Shown piece after piece: positions 12,032-26,700 of a stretch of 64,000 bases of DNA. Position 1 is the stretch's first letter; the number at the start of each line of letters is the position of its first letter. The notes under the pieces were generated by a model that was given only the letters and a program-made list of their open reading frames with translations, had not been told where the DNA came from and ran no database searches. A program made the position numbers and the translations under genes. Source of the stretch: Eledone cirrhosa (Eukaryota); contig CAXHJY010000442.1 of assembly GCA_964016885.1 (NCBI GenBank), positions 124,001 to 188,000 on the forward strand, read 5' to 3'.

Positions 12032-15000
12032 CACTCATTGGCTATGTGTGGCGTGAATTTCAGCAAGATATCTCCGTAAAATCAATAGTTGTGGCTGTGG
12101 AACCAAACCGTGTTAAACGTCAACAAAGTCCGCCGGCGAATGGTGTGCTTCGAAGAAAACGAATCCAAAAATGACGATTAGCCGGCGGATTTACCTTTTT
12201 AATCGCGGGCCGGCCGCCCGCGGTCGGATCGATCTGTAATTACTGGTACATGTGCAGACACTCATTGGCTATGTGTGGCGTGAATTTCAGCAAGATATCT
12301 CCGTAAAATCAATAGTTGTGGCTGTGGAACCAAACCGTGTTAAACGTCAACAAAGTCCGCCGGCGAATGGTGTGCTTCGAAGAAAACGAATCCAAAAATG
12401 ACGATTAGCCGGCGGATTTACCTTTTTAATCGCGGGCCGGCCGCCCGCGGTCGGATCGATCTGTAATTACTGGTACATGTGCAGACACTCATTGGCTATG
12501 TGTGGCGTGAATTTCAGCAAGATATCTCCGTAAAATCAATAGTTGTGGCTGTGGAACCAAACCGTGTTAAACGTCAACAAAGTCCGCCGGCGAATGGTGT
12601 GCTTCGAAGAAAACGAATCCAAAAATGACGATTAGCCGGCGGATTTACCTTTTCAATCGCGGGCCGGCCGCCCGTGGTCGGATCGATCTGTAATTACTGG
12701 TACATGTGCAGACACTCATTGGCTATGTGTGGCGTGAATTTCAGCAAGATATCTCCGTAAAGTCAATAGTTGTGGCTGTGGAACCAAACCGTGTTAAACG
12801 TCAACAAAGTCCGCCGGCGAATGGTGTGCTTCGAAGAAAACGAATCCAAAAATGACGATTAGCCGGCGGATTTACCTTTTCAATCGCGGGCCGGCCGCCC
12901 GTGGTCGGATCGATCTGTAATTACTGGTACATGTGCAGACACTTATTGGCTATGTGTGGCGTGAATTTCAGCAAGATATCTCCGTAAAATCAATAGTTGT
13001 GGCTGTGGAACCAAACCGTGTTAAACGTCAACAAAGTCCGCCGGCGAATGGTGTGCTTCGAAGAAAACGAATCCAAAAATGACGATTAGCCGGCGGATTT
13101 ACCTTTTTAATCGCGGGCCGGCCGCCCGCGGTCGGATCGATCTGTAATTACTGGTACATGTGCAGACACTCATTGGCTATGTGTGGCGTGAATTTCAGCA
13201 AGATATCTCCGTAAAATCAATAGTTGTGGCTGTGGAACCAAACCGTGTTAAACGTCAACAAAGTCCGCCGGCGAATGGTGTGCTTCGAAGAAAACGAATC
13301 CAAAAACGACGATTAGCCGGCGGATTTACCTTTTTAATCGCGGGCCGGCCGCCCGCGGTCGGATCGATCTGTAATTACTGGTACATGTGCAGATACTCAT
13401 TGGCTATGTGTGGCGTGAATTTCAGCAAGATATCTCCGTAAAATCAATAGTTGTGGCTGTGGAACCAAACCGTGTTAAACGTCAACAAAGTCTGCCGGCG
13501 AATGGTGTGCTTCGAAGAAAACGAATCCAAAAATGACGATTAGCCGGCGGATTTACCTTTTCAATCGCGGGCCGGCCGCCCGTGGTCGGATCGATCTGTA
13601 ATTACTGGTACATGTGCAGACACTCATTGGCTATGTGTGGCGTGAATTTCAGCAAGATATCTCCGTAAAATCAATAGTTGTGGCTGTGGAACCAAACCGT
13701 GTTAAACGTCAACAAAGTCCGCCGGCGAATGGTGTGCTTCGAAGAAAACGAATCCAAAAATGACGATTAGCCGGCGGATTTACCTTTTTAATCGCGGGCC
13801 GGCCGCCCGCGGTCGGATCGATCTGTAATTACTGGTACATGTGCAGACACTCATTGGCTATGTGTGGCGTGAATTTCAGCAAGATATCTCCGTAAAATCA
13901 ATAGTTGTGGCTGTGGAACCAAACCGTGTTAAACGTCAACAAAGTCCGCCGGCGAATGGTGTGCTTCGAAGAAAACGAATCCAAAAATGACGATTAGCCG
14001 GCGGATTTACCTTTTTAATCGCGGGCCGGCCGCCCGCGGTCGGATCGATCTGTAATTACTGGTACATGTGCAGACACTCATTGGCTATGTGTGGCGTGAA
14101 TTTCAGCAAGATATCTCCGTAAAATCAATAGTTGTGGCTGTGGAACCAAACCGTGTTAAACGTCAACAAAGTCCGCCGGCGAATGGTGTGCTTCGAAGAA
14201 AACGAATCCAAAAATGACGATTAGCCGGCGGATTTACCTTTTCAATCGCGGGCCGGCCGCCCGTGGTCGGATCGATCTGTAATTACTGGTACATGTGCAG
14301 ACACTCATTGGCTATGTGTGGCGTGAATTTCAGCAAGATATCTCCGTAAAATCAATAGTTGTGGCTGTGGAACCAAACCGTGTTAAACGTCAACAAAGTC
14401 CGCCGGCGAATGGTGTGCTTCGAAGAAAACGAATCCAAAAATGACGATTAGCCGGCGGATTTACCTTTTTAATCGCGGGCCGGCCGCCCGCGGTCGGATC
14501 GATCTGTAATTACTGGTACATGTGCAGACACTCATTGGCTATGTGTGGCGTGAATTTCAGCAAGATATCTCCGTAAAATCAATAGTTGTGGCTGTGGAAC
14601 CAAACCGTGTTAAACGTCAACAAAGTCCGCCGGCGAATGGTGTGCTTCGAAGAAAACGAATCCAAAAATGACGATTAGCCGGCGGATTTACCTTTTTAAT
14701 CGCGGGCCGGCCGCCCGCGGTCGGATCGATCTGTAATTACTGGTACATGTGCAGACACTCATTGGCTATGTGTGGCGTGAATTTCAGCAAGATATCTCCG
14801 TAAAATCAATAGTTGTGGCTGTGGAACCAAACCGTGTTAAACGTCAACAAAGTCCGCCGGCGAATGGTGTGCTTCGAAGAAAACGAATCCAAAAATGACG
14901 ATTAGCCGGCGGATTTACCTTTTCAATCGCGGGCCGGCCGCCCGTGGTCGGATCGATCTGTAATTACTGGTACATGTGCAGACACTCATTGGCTATGTGT

Positions 15001-17706
15001 GGCGTGAATTTCAGCAAGATATCTCCGTAAAATCAATAGTTGTGGCTGTGGAACCAAACCGTGTTAAACGTCAACAAAGTCCGCCGGCGAATGGTGTGCT
15101 TCGAAGAAAACGAATCCAAAAATGACGATTAGCCGGCGGATTTACCTTTTTAATCGCGGGCCGGCCGCCCGCGGTCGGATCGATCTGTAATTACTGGTAC
15201 ATGTGCAGACACTCATTGGCTATGTGTGGCGTGAATTTCAGCAAGATATCTCCGTAAAATCAATAGTTGTGGCTGTGGAACCAAACCGTGTTAAACGTCA
15301 ACAAAGTCCGCCGGCGAATGGTGTGCTTCGAAGAAAACGAATCCAAAAATGACGATTAGCCGGCGGATTTACCTTTTTAATCGCGGGCCGGCCGCCCGCG
15401 GTCGGATCGATCTGTAATTACTGGTACATGTGCAGATACTCATTGGCTATGTGTGGCGTGAATTTCAGCAAGATATCTCCGTAAAATCAATAGTTGTGGC
15501 TGTGGAACCAAACCGTGTTAAACGTCAACAAAGTCTGCCGGCGAATGGTGTGCTTCGAAGAAAACGAATCCAAAAATGACGATTAGCCGGCGGATTTACC
15601 TTTTCAATCGCGGGCCGGCCGCCCGTGGTCGGATCGATCTGTAATTACTGGTACATGTGCAGACACTCATTGGCTATGTGTGGCGTGAATTTCAGCAAGA
15701 TATCTCCGTAAAATCAATAGTTGTGGCTGTGGAACCAAACCGTGTTAAACGTCAACAAAGTCCGCCGGCGAATGGTGTGCTTCGAAGAAAACGAATCCAA
15801 AAATGACGATTAGCCGGCGGATTTACCTTTTTAATCGCGGGCCGGCCGCCCGCGGTCGGATCGATCTGTAATTACTGGTACATGTGCAGACACTCATTGG
15901 CTATGTGTGGCGTGAATTTCAGCAAGATATCTCCGTAAAATCAATAGTTGTGGCTGTGGAACCAAACCGTGTTAAACGTCAACAAAGTCCGCCGGCGAAT
16001 GGTGTGCTTCGAAGAAAACGAATCCAAAAATGACGATTAGCCGGCGGATTTACCTTTTTAATCGCGGGCCGGCCGCCCGCGGTCGGATCGATCTGTAATT
16101 ACTGGTACATGTGCAGACACTCATTGGCTATGTGTGGCGTGAATTTCAGCAAGATATCTCCGTAAAATCAATAGTTGTGGCTGTGGAACCAAACCGTGTT
16201 AAACGTCAACAAAGTCCGCCGGCGAATGGTGTGCTTCGAAGAAAACGAATCCAAAAATGACGATTAGCCGGCGGATTTACCTTTTCAATCGCGGGCCGGC
16301 CGCCCGTGGTCGGATCGATCTGTAATTACTGGTACATGTGCAGACACTCATTGGCTATGTGTGGCGTGAATTTCAGCAAGATATCTCCGTAAAATCAATA
16401 GTTGTGGCTGTGGAACCAAACCGTGTTAAACGTCAACAAAGTCCGCCGGCGAATGGTGTGCTTCGAAGAAAACGAATCCAAAAATGACGATTAGCCGGCG
16501 GATTTACCTTTTTAATCGCGGGCCGGCCGCCCGCGGTCGGATCGATCTGTAATTACTGGTACATGTGCAGACACTCATTGGCTATGTGTGGCGTGAATTT
16601 CAGCAAGATATCTCCGTAAAATCAATAGTTGTGGCTGTGGAACCAAACCGTGTTAAACGTCAACAAAGTCCGCCGGCGAATGGTGTGCTTCGAAGAAAAC
16701 GAATCCAAAAATGACGATTAGCCGGCGGATTTACCTTTTCAATCGCGGGCCGGCCGCCCGTGGTCGGATCGATCTGTAATTACTGGTACATGTGCAGACA
16801 CTCATTGGCTATGTGTGGCGTGAATTTCAGCAAGATATCTCCGTAAAATCAATAGTTGTGGCTGTGGAACCAAACCGTGTTAAACGTCAACAAAGTCCGC
16901 CGGCGAATGGTGTGCTTCGAAGAAAACGAATCCAAAAATGACGATTAGCCGGCGGATTTACCTTTTTAATCGCGGGCCGGCCGCCCGCGGTCGGATCGAT
17001 CTGTAATTACTGGTACATGTGCAGACACTCATTGGCTATGTGTGGCGTGAATTTCAGCAAGATATCTCCGTAAAATCAATAGTTGTGGCTGTGGAACCAA
17101 ACCGTGTTAAACGTCAACAAAGTCCGCCGGCGAATGGTGTGCTTCGAAGAAAACGAATCCAAAAATGACGATTAGCCGGCGGATTTACCTTTTTAATCGC
17201 GGGCCGGCCGCCCGCGGTCGGATCGATCTGTAATTACTGGTACATGTGCAGACACTCATTGGCTATGTGTGGCGTGAATTTCAGCAAGATATCTCCGTAA
17301 AATCAATAGTTGTGGCTGTGGAACCAAACCGTGTTAAACGTCAACAAAGTCCGCCGGCGAATGGTGTGCTTCGAAGAAAACGAATCCAAAAATGACGATT
17401 AGCCGGCGGATTTACCTTTTCAATCGCGGGCCGGCCGCCCGTGGTCGGATCGATCTGTAATTACTGGTACATGTGCAGACACTCATTGGCTATGTGTGGC
17501 GTGAATTTCAGCAAGATATCTCCGTAAAATCAATAGTTGTGGCTGTGGAACCAAACCGTGTTAAACGTCAACAAAGTCCGCCGGCGAATGGTGTGCTTCG
17601 AAGAAAACGAATCCAAAAATGACGATTAGCCGGCGGATTTACCTTTTTAATCGCGGGCCGGCCGCCCGCGGTCGGATCGATCTGTAATTACTGGTACATG
17701 TGCAGA

Positions 17707-20700
17707 CACTCATTGGCTATGTGTGGCGTGAATTTCAGCAAGATATCTCCGTAAAATCAATAGTTGTGGCTGTGGAACCAAACCGTGTTAAACGTCAACA
17801 AAGTCCGCCGGCGAATGGTGTGCTTCGAAGAAAACGAATCCAAAAATGACGATTAGCCGGCGGATTTACCTTTTTAATCGCGGGCCGGCCGCCCGCGGTC
17901 GGATCGATCTGTAATTACTGGTACATGTGCAGACACTCATTGGCTATGTGTGGCGTGAATTTCAGCAAGATATCTCCGTAAAATCAATAGTTGTGGCTGT
18001 GGAACCAAACCGTGTTAAACGTCAACAAAGTCCGCCGGCGAATGGTGTGCTTCGAAGAAAACGAATCCAAAAATGACGATTAGCCGGCGGATTTACCTTT
18101 TCAATCGCGGGCCGGCCGCCCGTGGTCGGATCGATCTGTAATTACTGGTACATGTGCAGACACTCATTGGCTATGTGTGGCGTGAATTTCAGCAAGATAT
18201 CTCCGTAAAGTCAATAGTTGTGGCTGTGGAACCAAACCGTGTTAAACGTCAACAAAGTCCGCCGGCGAATGGTGTGCTTCGAAGAAAACGAATCCAAAAA
18301 TGACGATTAGCCGGCGGATTTACCTTTTCAATCGCGGGCCGGCCGCCCGTGGTCGGATCGATCTGTAATTACTGGTACATGTGCAGACACTTATTGGCTA
18401 TGTGTGGCGTGAATTTCAGCAAGATATCTCCGTAAAATCAATAGTTGTGGCTGTGGAACCAAACCGTGTTAAACGTCAACAAAGTCCGCCGGCGAATGGT
18501 GTGCTTCGAAGAAAACGAATCCAAAAATGACGATTAGCCGGCGGATTTACCTTTTTAATCGCGGGCCGGCCGCCCGCGGTCGGATCGATCTGTAATTACT
18601 GGTACATGTGCAGACACTCATTGGCTATGTGTGGCGTGAATTTCAGCAAGATATCTCCGTAAAATCAATAGTTGTGGCTGTGGAACCAAACCGTGTTAAA
18701 CGTCAACAAAGTCCGCCGGCGAATGGTGTGCTTCGAAGAAAACGAATCCAAAAATGACGATTAGCCGGCGGATTTACCTTTTTAATCGCGGGCCGGCCGC
18801 CCGCGGTCGGATCGATCTGTAATTACTGGTACATGTGCAGACACTCATTGGCTATGTGTGGCGTGAATTTCAGCAAGATATCTCCGTAAAATCAATAGTT
18901 GTGGCTGTGGAACCAAACCGTGTTAAACGTCAACAAAGTCCGCCGGCGAATGGTGTGCTTCGAAGAAAACGAATCCAAAAATGACGATTAGCCGGCGGAT
19001 TTACCTTTTCAATCGCGGGCCGGCCGCCCGTGGTCGGATCGATCTGTAATTACTGGTACATGTGCAGACACTCATTGGCTATGTGTGGCGTGAATTTCAA
19101 CAAGATATCTCCGTAAAGTCAATAGTTGTGGCTGTGGAACCAAACCGTGTTAAACGTCAACAAAGTCCGCCGGCGAATGGTGTGCTTCGAAGAAAACGAA
19201 TCCAAAAATGACGATTAGCCGGCGGATTTACCTTTTCAATCGCGGGCCGGCCGCCCGTGGTCGGATCGATCTGTAATTACTGGTACATGTGCAGACACTT
19301 ATTGGCTATGTGTGGCGTGAATTTCAGCAAGATATCTCCGTAAAATCAATAGTTGTGGCTGTGGAACCAAACCGTGTTAAACGTCAACAAAGTCCGCCGG
19401 CGAATGGTGTGCTTCGAAGAAAACTAATCCAAAAATGACGATTAGCCGGCGGATTTACCTTTTCAATCGCGGGCCGGCCGCCCGTGGTCGGATCGATCTG
19501 TAATTACTGGTACATGTGCAGACACTCATTGGCTATGTGTGGCGTGAATTTCAGCAAGATATCTCCGTAAAATCAATAGTTGTGGCTGTGGAACCAAACC
19601 GTGTTAAACGTCAACAAAGTCCGCCGGCGAATGGTGTGCTTCGAAGAAAACGAATCCAAAAATGACGATTAGCCGGCGGATTTACCTTTTCAATCGCAGG
19701 CCGGCCGCCCGTGGTCGGATCGATCTGTAATTACTGGTACATGTGCAGACACTCATTGGCTATGTGTGGCGTGAATTTCAGCAAGATATCTCCGTAAAAT
19801 CAATAGTTGTGGCTGTGGAACCAAACCGTGTTAAACGTCAACAAAGTCCGCCGGCGAATGGTGTGCTTCGAAGAAAACGAATCCAAAAATGACGATTAGC
19901 CGGCGGATTTACCTTTTTAATCGCGGGCCGGCCGCCCGCGGTCGGATCGATCTGTAATTACTGGTACATGTGCAGACACTTATTGGCTATGTGTGGCGTG
20001 AATTTCAGCAAGATATCTCCGTAAAATCAATAGTTGTGGCTGTGGAACCAAACCGTGTTAAACGTCAACAAAGTCCGCCGGCGAATGGTGTGCTTCGAAG
20101 AAAACTAATCCAAAAATGACGATTAGCCGGCGGATTTACCTTTTCAATCGCGGGCCGGCCGCCCGTGGTCGGATCGATCTGTAATTACTGGTACATGTGC
20201 AGACACTCATTGGCTATGTGTGGCGTGAATTTCAGCAAGATATCTCCGTAAAATCAATAGTTGTGGCTGTGGAACCAAACCGTGTTAAACGTCAACAAAG
20301 TCCGCCGGCGAATGGTGTGCTTCGAAGAAAACGAATCCAAAAATGACGATTAGCCGGCGGATTTACCTTTTCAATCGCAGGCCGGCCGCCCGTGGTCGGA
20401 TCGATCTGTAATTACTGGTACATGTGCAGACACTCATTGGCTATGTGTGGCGTGAATTTCAGCAAGATATCTCCGTAAAATCAATAGTTGTGGCTGTGGA
20501 ACCAAACCGTGTTAAACGTCAACAAAGTCCGCCGGCGAATGGTGTGCTTCGAAGAAAACGAATCCAAAAATGACGATTAGCCGGCGGATTTACCTTTTTA
20601 ATCGCGGGCCGGCCGCCCGCGGTCGGATCGATCTGTAATTACTGGTACATGTGCAGACACTCATTGGCTATGTGTGGCGTGAATTTCAGCAAGATATCTC

Positions 20701-23700
20701 CGTAAAATCAATAGTTGTGGCTGTGGAACCAAACCGTGTTAAACGTCAACAAAGTCCGCCGGCGAATGGTGTGCTTCGAAGAAAACGAATCCAAAAATGA
20801 CGATTAGCCGGCGGATTTACCTTTTCAATCGCGGGCCGGCCGCCCGTGGTCGGATCGATCTGTAATTACTGGTACATGTGCAGACACTCATTGGCTATGT
20901 GTGGCGTGAATTTCAGCAAGATATCTCCGTAAAATCAATAGTTGTGGCTGTGGAACCAAACCGTGTTAAACGTCAACAAAGTCCGCCGGCGAATGGTGTG
21001 CTTCGAAGAAAACGAATCCAAAAATGACGATTAGCCGGCGGATTTACCTTTTTAATCGCGGGCCGGCCGCCCGCGGTCGGATCGATCTGTAATTACTGGT
21101 ACATGTGCAGACACTCATTGGCTATGTGTGGCGTGAATTTCAGCAAGATATCTCCGTAAAATCAATAGTTGTGGCTGTGGAACCAAACCGTGTTAAACGT
21201 CAACAAAGTCCGCCGGCGAATGGTGTGCTTCGAAGAAAACGAATCCAAAAATGACGATTAGCCGGCGGATTTACCTTTTCAATCGCGGGCCGGCCGCCCG
21301 TGGTCGGATCGATCTGTAATTACTGGTACATGTGCAGACACTCATTGGCTATGTGTGGCGTGAATTTCAGCAAGATATCTCCGTAAAGTCAATAGTTGTG
21401 GCTGTGGAACCAAACCGTGTTAAACGTCAACAAAGTCCGCCGGCGAATGGTGTGCTTCGAAGAAAACGAATCCAAAAATGACGATTAGCCGGCGGATTTA
21501 CCTTTTCAATCGCGGGCCGGCCGCCCGTGGTCGGATCGATCTGTAATTACTGGTACATGTGCAGACACTTATTGGCTATGTGTGGCGTGAATTTCAGCAA
21601 GATATCTCCGTAAAATCAATAGTTGTGGCTGTGGAACCAAACCGTGTTAAACGTCAACAAAGTCCGCCGGCGAATGGTGTGCTTCGAAGAAAACGAATCC
21701 AAAAATGACGATTAGCCGGCGGATTTACCTTTTTAATCGCGGGCCGGCCGCCCGCGGTCGGATCGATCTGTAATTACTGGTACATGTGCAGACACTCATT
21801 GGCTATGTGTGGCGTGAATTTCAGCAAGATATCTCCGTAAAATCAATAGTTGTGGCTGTGGAACCAAACCGTGTTAAACGTCAACAAAGTCCGCCGGCGA
21901 ATGGTGTGCTTCGAAGAAAACGAATCCAAAAATGACGATTAGCCGGCGGATTTACCTTTTTAATCGCGGGCCGGCCGCCCGCGGTCGGATCGATCTGTAA
22001 TTACTGGTACATGTGCAGACACTCATTGGCTATGTGTGGCGTGAATTTCAGCAAGATATCTCCGTAAAATCAATAGTTGTGGCTGTGGAACCAAACCGTG
22101 TTAAACGTCAACAAAGTCCGCCGGCGAATGGTGTGCTTCGAAGAAAACGAATCCAAAAATGACGATTAGCCGGCGGATTTACCTTTTCAATCGCGGGCCG
22201 GCCGCCCGTGGTCGGATCGATCTGTAATTACTGGTACATGTGCAGACACTCATTGGCTATGTGTGGCGTGAATTTCAGCAAGATATCTCCGTAAAGTCAA
22301 TAGTTGTGGCTGTGGAACCAAACCGTGTTAAACGTCAACAAAGTCCGCCGGCGAATGGTGTGCTTCGAAGAAAACGAATCCAAAAATGACGATTAGCCGG
22401 CGGATTTACCTTTTCAATCGCGGGCCGGCCGCCCGTGGTCGGATCGATCTGTAATTACTGGTACATGTGCAGACACTTATTGGCTATGTGTGGCGTGAAT
22501 TTCAGCAAGATATCTCCGTAAAATCAATAGTTGTGGCTGTGGAACCAAACCGTGTTAAACGTCAACAAAGTCCGCCGGCGAATGGTGTGCTTCGAAGAAA
22601 ACTAATCCAAAAATGACGATTAGCCGGCGGATTTACCTTTTCAATCGCGGGCCGGCCGCCCGTGGTCGGATCGATCTGTAATTACTGGTACATGTGCAGA
22701 CACTCATTGGCTATGTGTGGCGTGAATTTCAGCAAGATATCTCCGTAAAATCAATAGTTGTGGCTGTGGAACCAAACCGTGTTAAACGTCAACAAAGTCC
22801 GCCGGCGAATGGTGTGCTTCGAAGAAAACGAATCCAAAAATGACGATTAGCCGGCGGATTTACCTTTTCAATCGCGGGCCGGCCGCCCGTGGTCGGATCG
22901 ATCTGTAATTACTGGTACATGTGCAGACACTCATTGGCTATGTGTGGCGTGAATTTCAGCAAGATATCTCCGTAAAATCAATAGTTGTGGCTGTGGAACC
23001 AAACCGTGTTAAACGTCAACAAAGTCCGCCGGCGAATGGTGTGCTTCGAAGAAAACGAATCCAAAAATGACGATTAGCCGGCGGATTTACCTTTTTAATC
23101 GCGGGCCGGCCGCCCGCGGTCGGATCGATCTGTAATTACTGGTACATGTGCAGACACTCATTGGCTATGTGTGGCGTGAATTTCAGCAAGATATCTCCGT
23201 AAAATCAATAGTTGTGGCTGTGGAACCAAACCGTGTTAAACGTCAACAAAGTCCGCCGGCGAATGGTGTGCTTCGAAGAAAACGAATCCAAAAATGACGA
23301 TTAGCCGGCGGATTTACCTTTTCAATCGCGGGCCGGCCGCCCGTGGTCGGATCGATCTGTAATTACTGGTACATGTGCAGACACTCATTGGCTATGTGTG
23401 GCGTGAATTTCAGCAAGATATCTCCGTAAAATCAATAGTTGTGGCTGTGGAACCAAACCGTGTTAAACGTCAACAAAGTCCGCCGGCGAATGGTGTGCTT
23501 CGAAGAAAACGAATCCAAAAATGACGATTAGCCGGCGGATTTACCTTTTTAATCGCGGGCCGGCCGCCCGCGGTCGGATCGATCTGTAATTACTGGTACA
23601 TGTGCAGACACTCATTGGCTATGTGTGGCGTGAATTTCAGCAAGATATCTCCGTAAAATCAATAGTTGTGGCTGTGGAACCAAACCGTGTTAAACGTCAA

Positions 23701-26700
23701 CAAAGTCCGCCGGCGAATGGTGTGCTTCGAAGAAAACGAATCCAAAAATGACGATTAGCCGGCGGATTTACCTTTTTAATCGCGGGCCGGCCGCCCGCGG
23801 TCGGATCGATCTGTAATTACTGGTACATGTGCAGACACTCATTGGCTATGTGTGGCGTGAATTTCAGCAAGATATCTCCGTAAAATCAATAGTTGTGGCT
23901 GTGGAATCAAACCGTGTTAAACGTCAACAAAGTCCGCCGGCGAATGGTGTGCTTCGAAGAAAACGAATCCAAAAATGACGATTAGCCGGCGGATTTACCT
24001 TTTCAATCGCGGGCCGGCCGCCCGTGGTCGGATCGATCTGTAATTACTGGTACATGTGCAGACACTCATTGGCTATGTGTGGCGTGAATTTCAGCAAGAT
24101 ATCTCCGTAAAATCAATAGTTGTGGCTGTGGAACCAAACCGTGTTAAACGTCAACAAAGTCCGCCGGCGAATGGTGTGCTTCGAAGAAAACGAATCCAAA
24201 AATGACGATTAGCCGGCGGATTTACCTTTTCAATCGCGGGCCGGCCGCCCGTGGTCGGATCGATCTGTAATTACTGGTACATGTGCAGACACTTATTGGC
24301 TATGTGTGGCGTGAATTTCAGCAAGATATCTCCGTAAAATCAATAGTTGTGGCTGTGGAACCAAACCGTGTTAAACGTCAACAAAGTCCGCCGGCGAATG
24401 GTGTGCTTCGAAGAAAACGAATCCAAAAATGACGATTAGCCGGCGGATTTACCTTTTTAATCGCGGGCCGGCCGCCCGCGGTCGGATCGATCTGTAATTA
24501 CTGGTACATGTGCAGACACTCATTGGCTATGTGTGGCGTGAATTTCAGCAAGATATCTCCGTAAAATCAATAGTTGTGGCTGTGGAACCAAACCGTGTTA
24601 AACGTCAACAAAGTCCGCCGGCGAATGGTGTGCTTCGAAGAAAACGAATCCAAAAATGACGATTAGCCGGCGGATTTACCTTTTTAATCGCGGGCCGGCC
24701 GCCCGCGGTCGGATCGATCTGTAATTACTGGTACATGTGCAGACACTCATTGGCTATGTGTGGCGTGAATTTCAGCAAGATATCTCCGTAAAATCAATAG
24801 TTGTGGCTGTGGAACCAAACCGTGTTAAACGTCAACAAAGTCCGCCGGCGAATGGTGTGCTTCGAAGAAAACGAATCCAAAAATGACGATTAGCCGGCGG
24901 ATTTACCTTTTCAATCGCGGGCCGGCCGCCCGTGGTCGGATCGATCTGTAATTACTGGTACATGTGCAGACACTCATTGGCTATGTGTGGCGTGAATTTC
25001 AGCAAGATATCTCCGTAAAGTCAATAGTTGTGGCTGTGGAACCAAACCGTGTTAAACGTCAACAAAGTCCGCCGGCGAATGGTGTGCTTCGAAGAAAACG
25101 AATCCAAAAATGACGATTAGCCGGCGGATTTACCTTTTCAATCGCGGGCCGGCCGCCCGTGGTCGGATCGATCTGTAATTACTGGTACATGTGCAGACAC
25201 TTATTGGCTATGTGTGGCGTGAATTTCAGCAAGATATCTCCGTAAAATCAATAGTTGTGGCTGTGGAACCAAACCGTGTTAAACGTCAACAAAGTCCGCC
25301 GGCGAATGGTGTGCTTCGAAGAAAACTAATCCAAAAATGACGATTAGCCGGCGGATTTACCTTTTCAATCGCGGGCCGGCCGCCCGTGGTCGGATCGATC
25401 TGTAATTACTGGTACATGTGCAGACACTCATTGGCTATGTGTGGCGTGAATTTCAGCAAGATATCTCCGTAAAATCAATAGTTGTGGCTGTGGAACCAAA
25501 CCGTGTTAAACGTCAACAAAGTCCGCCGGCGAATGGTGTGCTTCGAAGAAAACGAATCCAAAAATGACGATTAGCCGGCGGATTTACCTTTTCAATCGCG
25601 GGCCGGCCGCCCGTGGTCGGATCGATCTGTAATTACTGGTACATGTGCAGACACTCATTGGCTATGTGTGGCGTGAATTTCAGCAAGATATCTCCGTAAA
25701 ATCAATAGTTGTGGCTGTGGAACCAAACCGTGTTAAACGTCAACAAAGTCCGCCGGCGAATGGTGTGCTTCGAAGAAAACGAATCCAAAAATGACGATTA
25801 GCCGGCGGATTTACCTTTTTAATCGCGGGCCGGCCGCCCGCGGTCGGATCGATCTGTAATTACTGGTACATGTGCAGACACTCATTGGCTATGTGTGGCG
25901 TGAATTTCAGCAAGATATCTCCGTAAAATCAATAGTTGTGGCTGTGGAACCAAACCGTGTTAAACGTCAACAAAGTCCGCCGGCGAATGGTGTGCTTCGA
26001 AGAAAACGAATCCAAAAATGACGATTAGCCGGCGGATTTACCTTTTCAATCGCGGGCCGGCCGCCCGTGGTCGGATCGATCTGTAATTACTGGTACATGT
26101 GCAGACACTCATTGGCTATGTGTGGCGTGAATTTCAGCAAGATATCTCCGTAAAATCAATAGTTGTGGCTGTGGAACCAAACCGTGTTAAACGTCAACAA
26201 AGTCCGCCGGCGAATGGTGTGCTTCGAAGAAAACGAATCCAAAAATGACGATTAGCCGGCGGATTTACCTTTTTAATCGCGGGCCGGCCGCCCGCGGTCG
26301 GATCGATCTGTAATTACTGGTACATGTGCAGACACTCATTGGCTATGTGTGGCGTGAATTTCAGCAAGATATCTCCGTAAAATCAATAGTTGTGGCTGTG
26401 GAACCAAACCGTGTTAAACGTCAACAAAGTCCGCCGGCGAATGGTGTGCTTCGAAGAAAACGAATCCAAAAATGACGATTAGCCGGCGGATTTACCTTTT
26501 TAATCGCGGGCCGGCCGCCCGCGGTCGGATCGATCTGTAATTACTGGTACATGTGCAGACACTCATTGGCTATGTGTGGCGTGAATTTCAGCAAGATATC
26601 TCCGTAAAATCAATAGTTGTGGCTGTGGAACCAAACCGTGTTAAACGTCAACAAAGTCCGCCGGCGAATGGTGTGCTTCGAAGAAAACGAATCCAAAAAT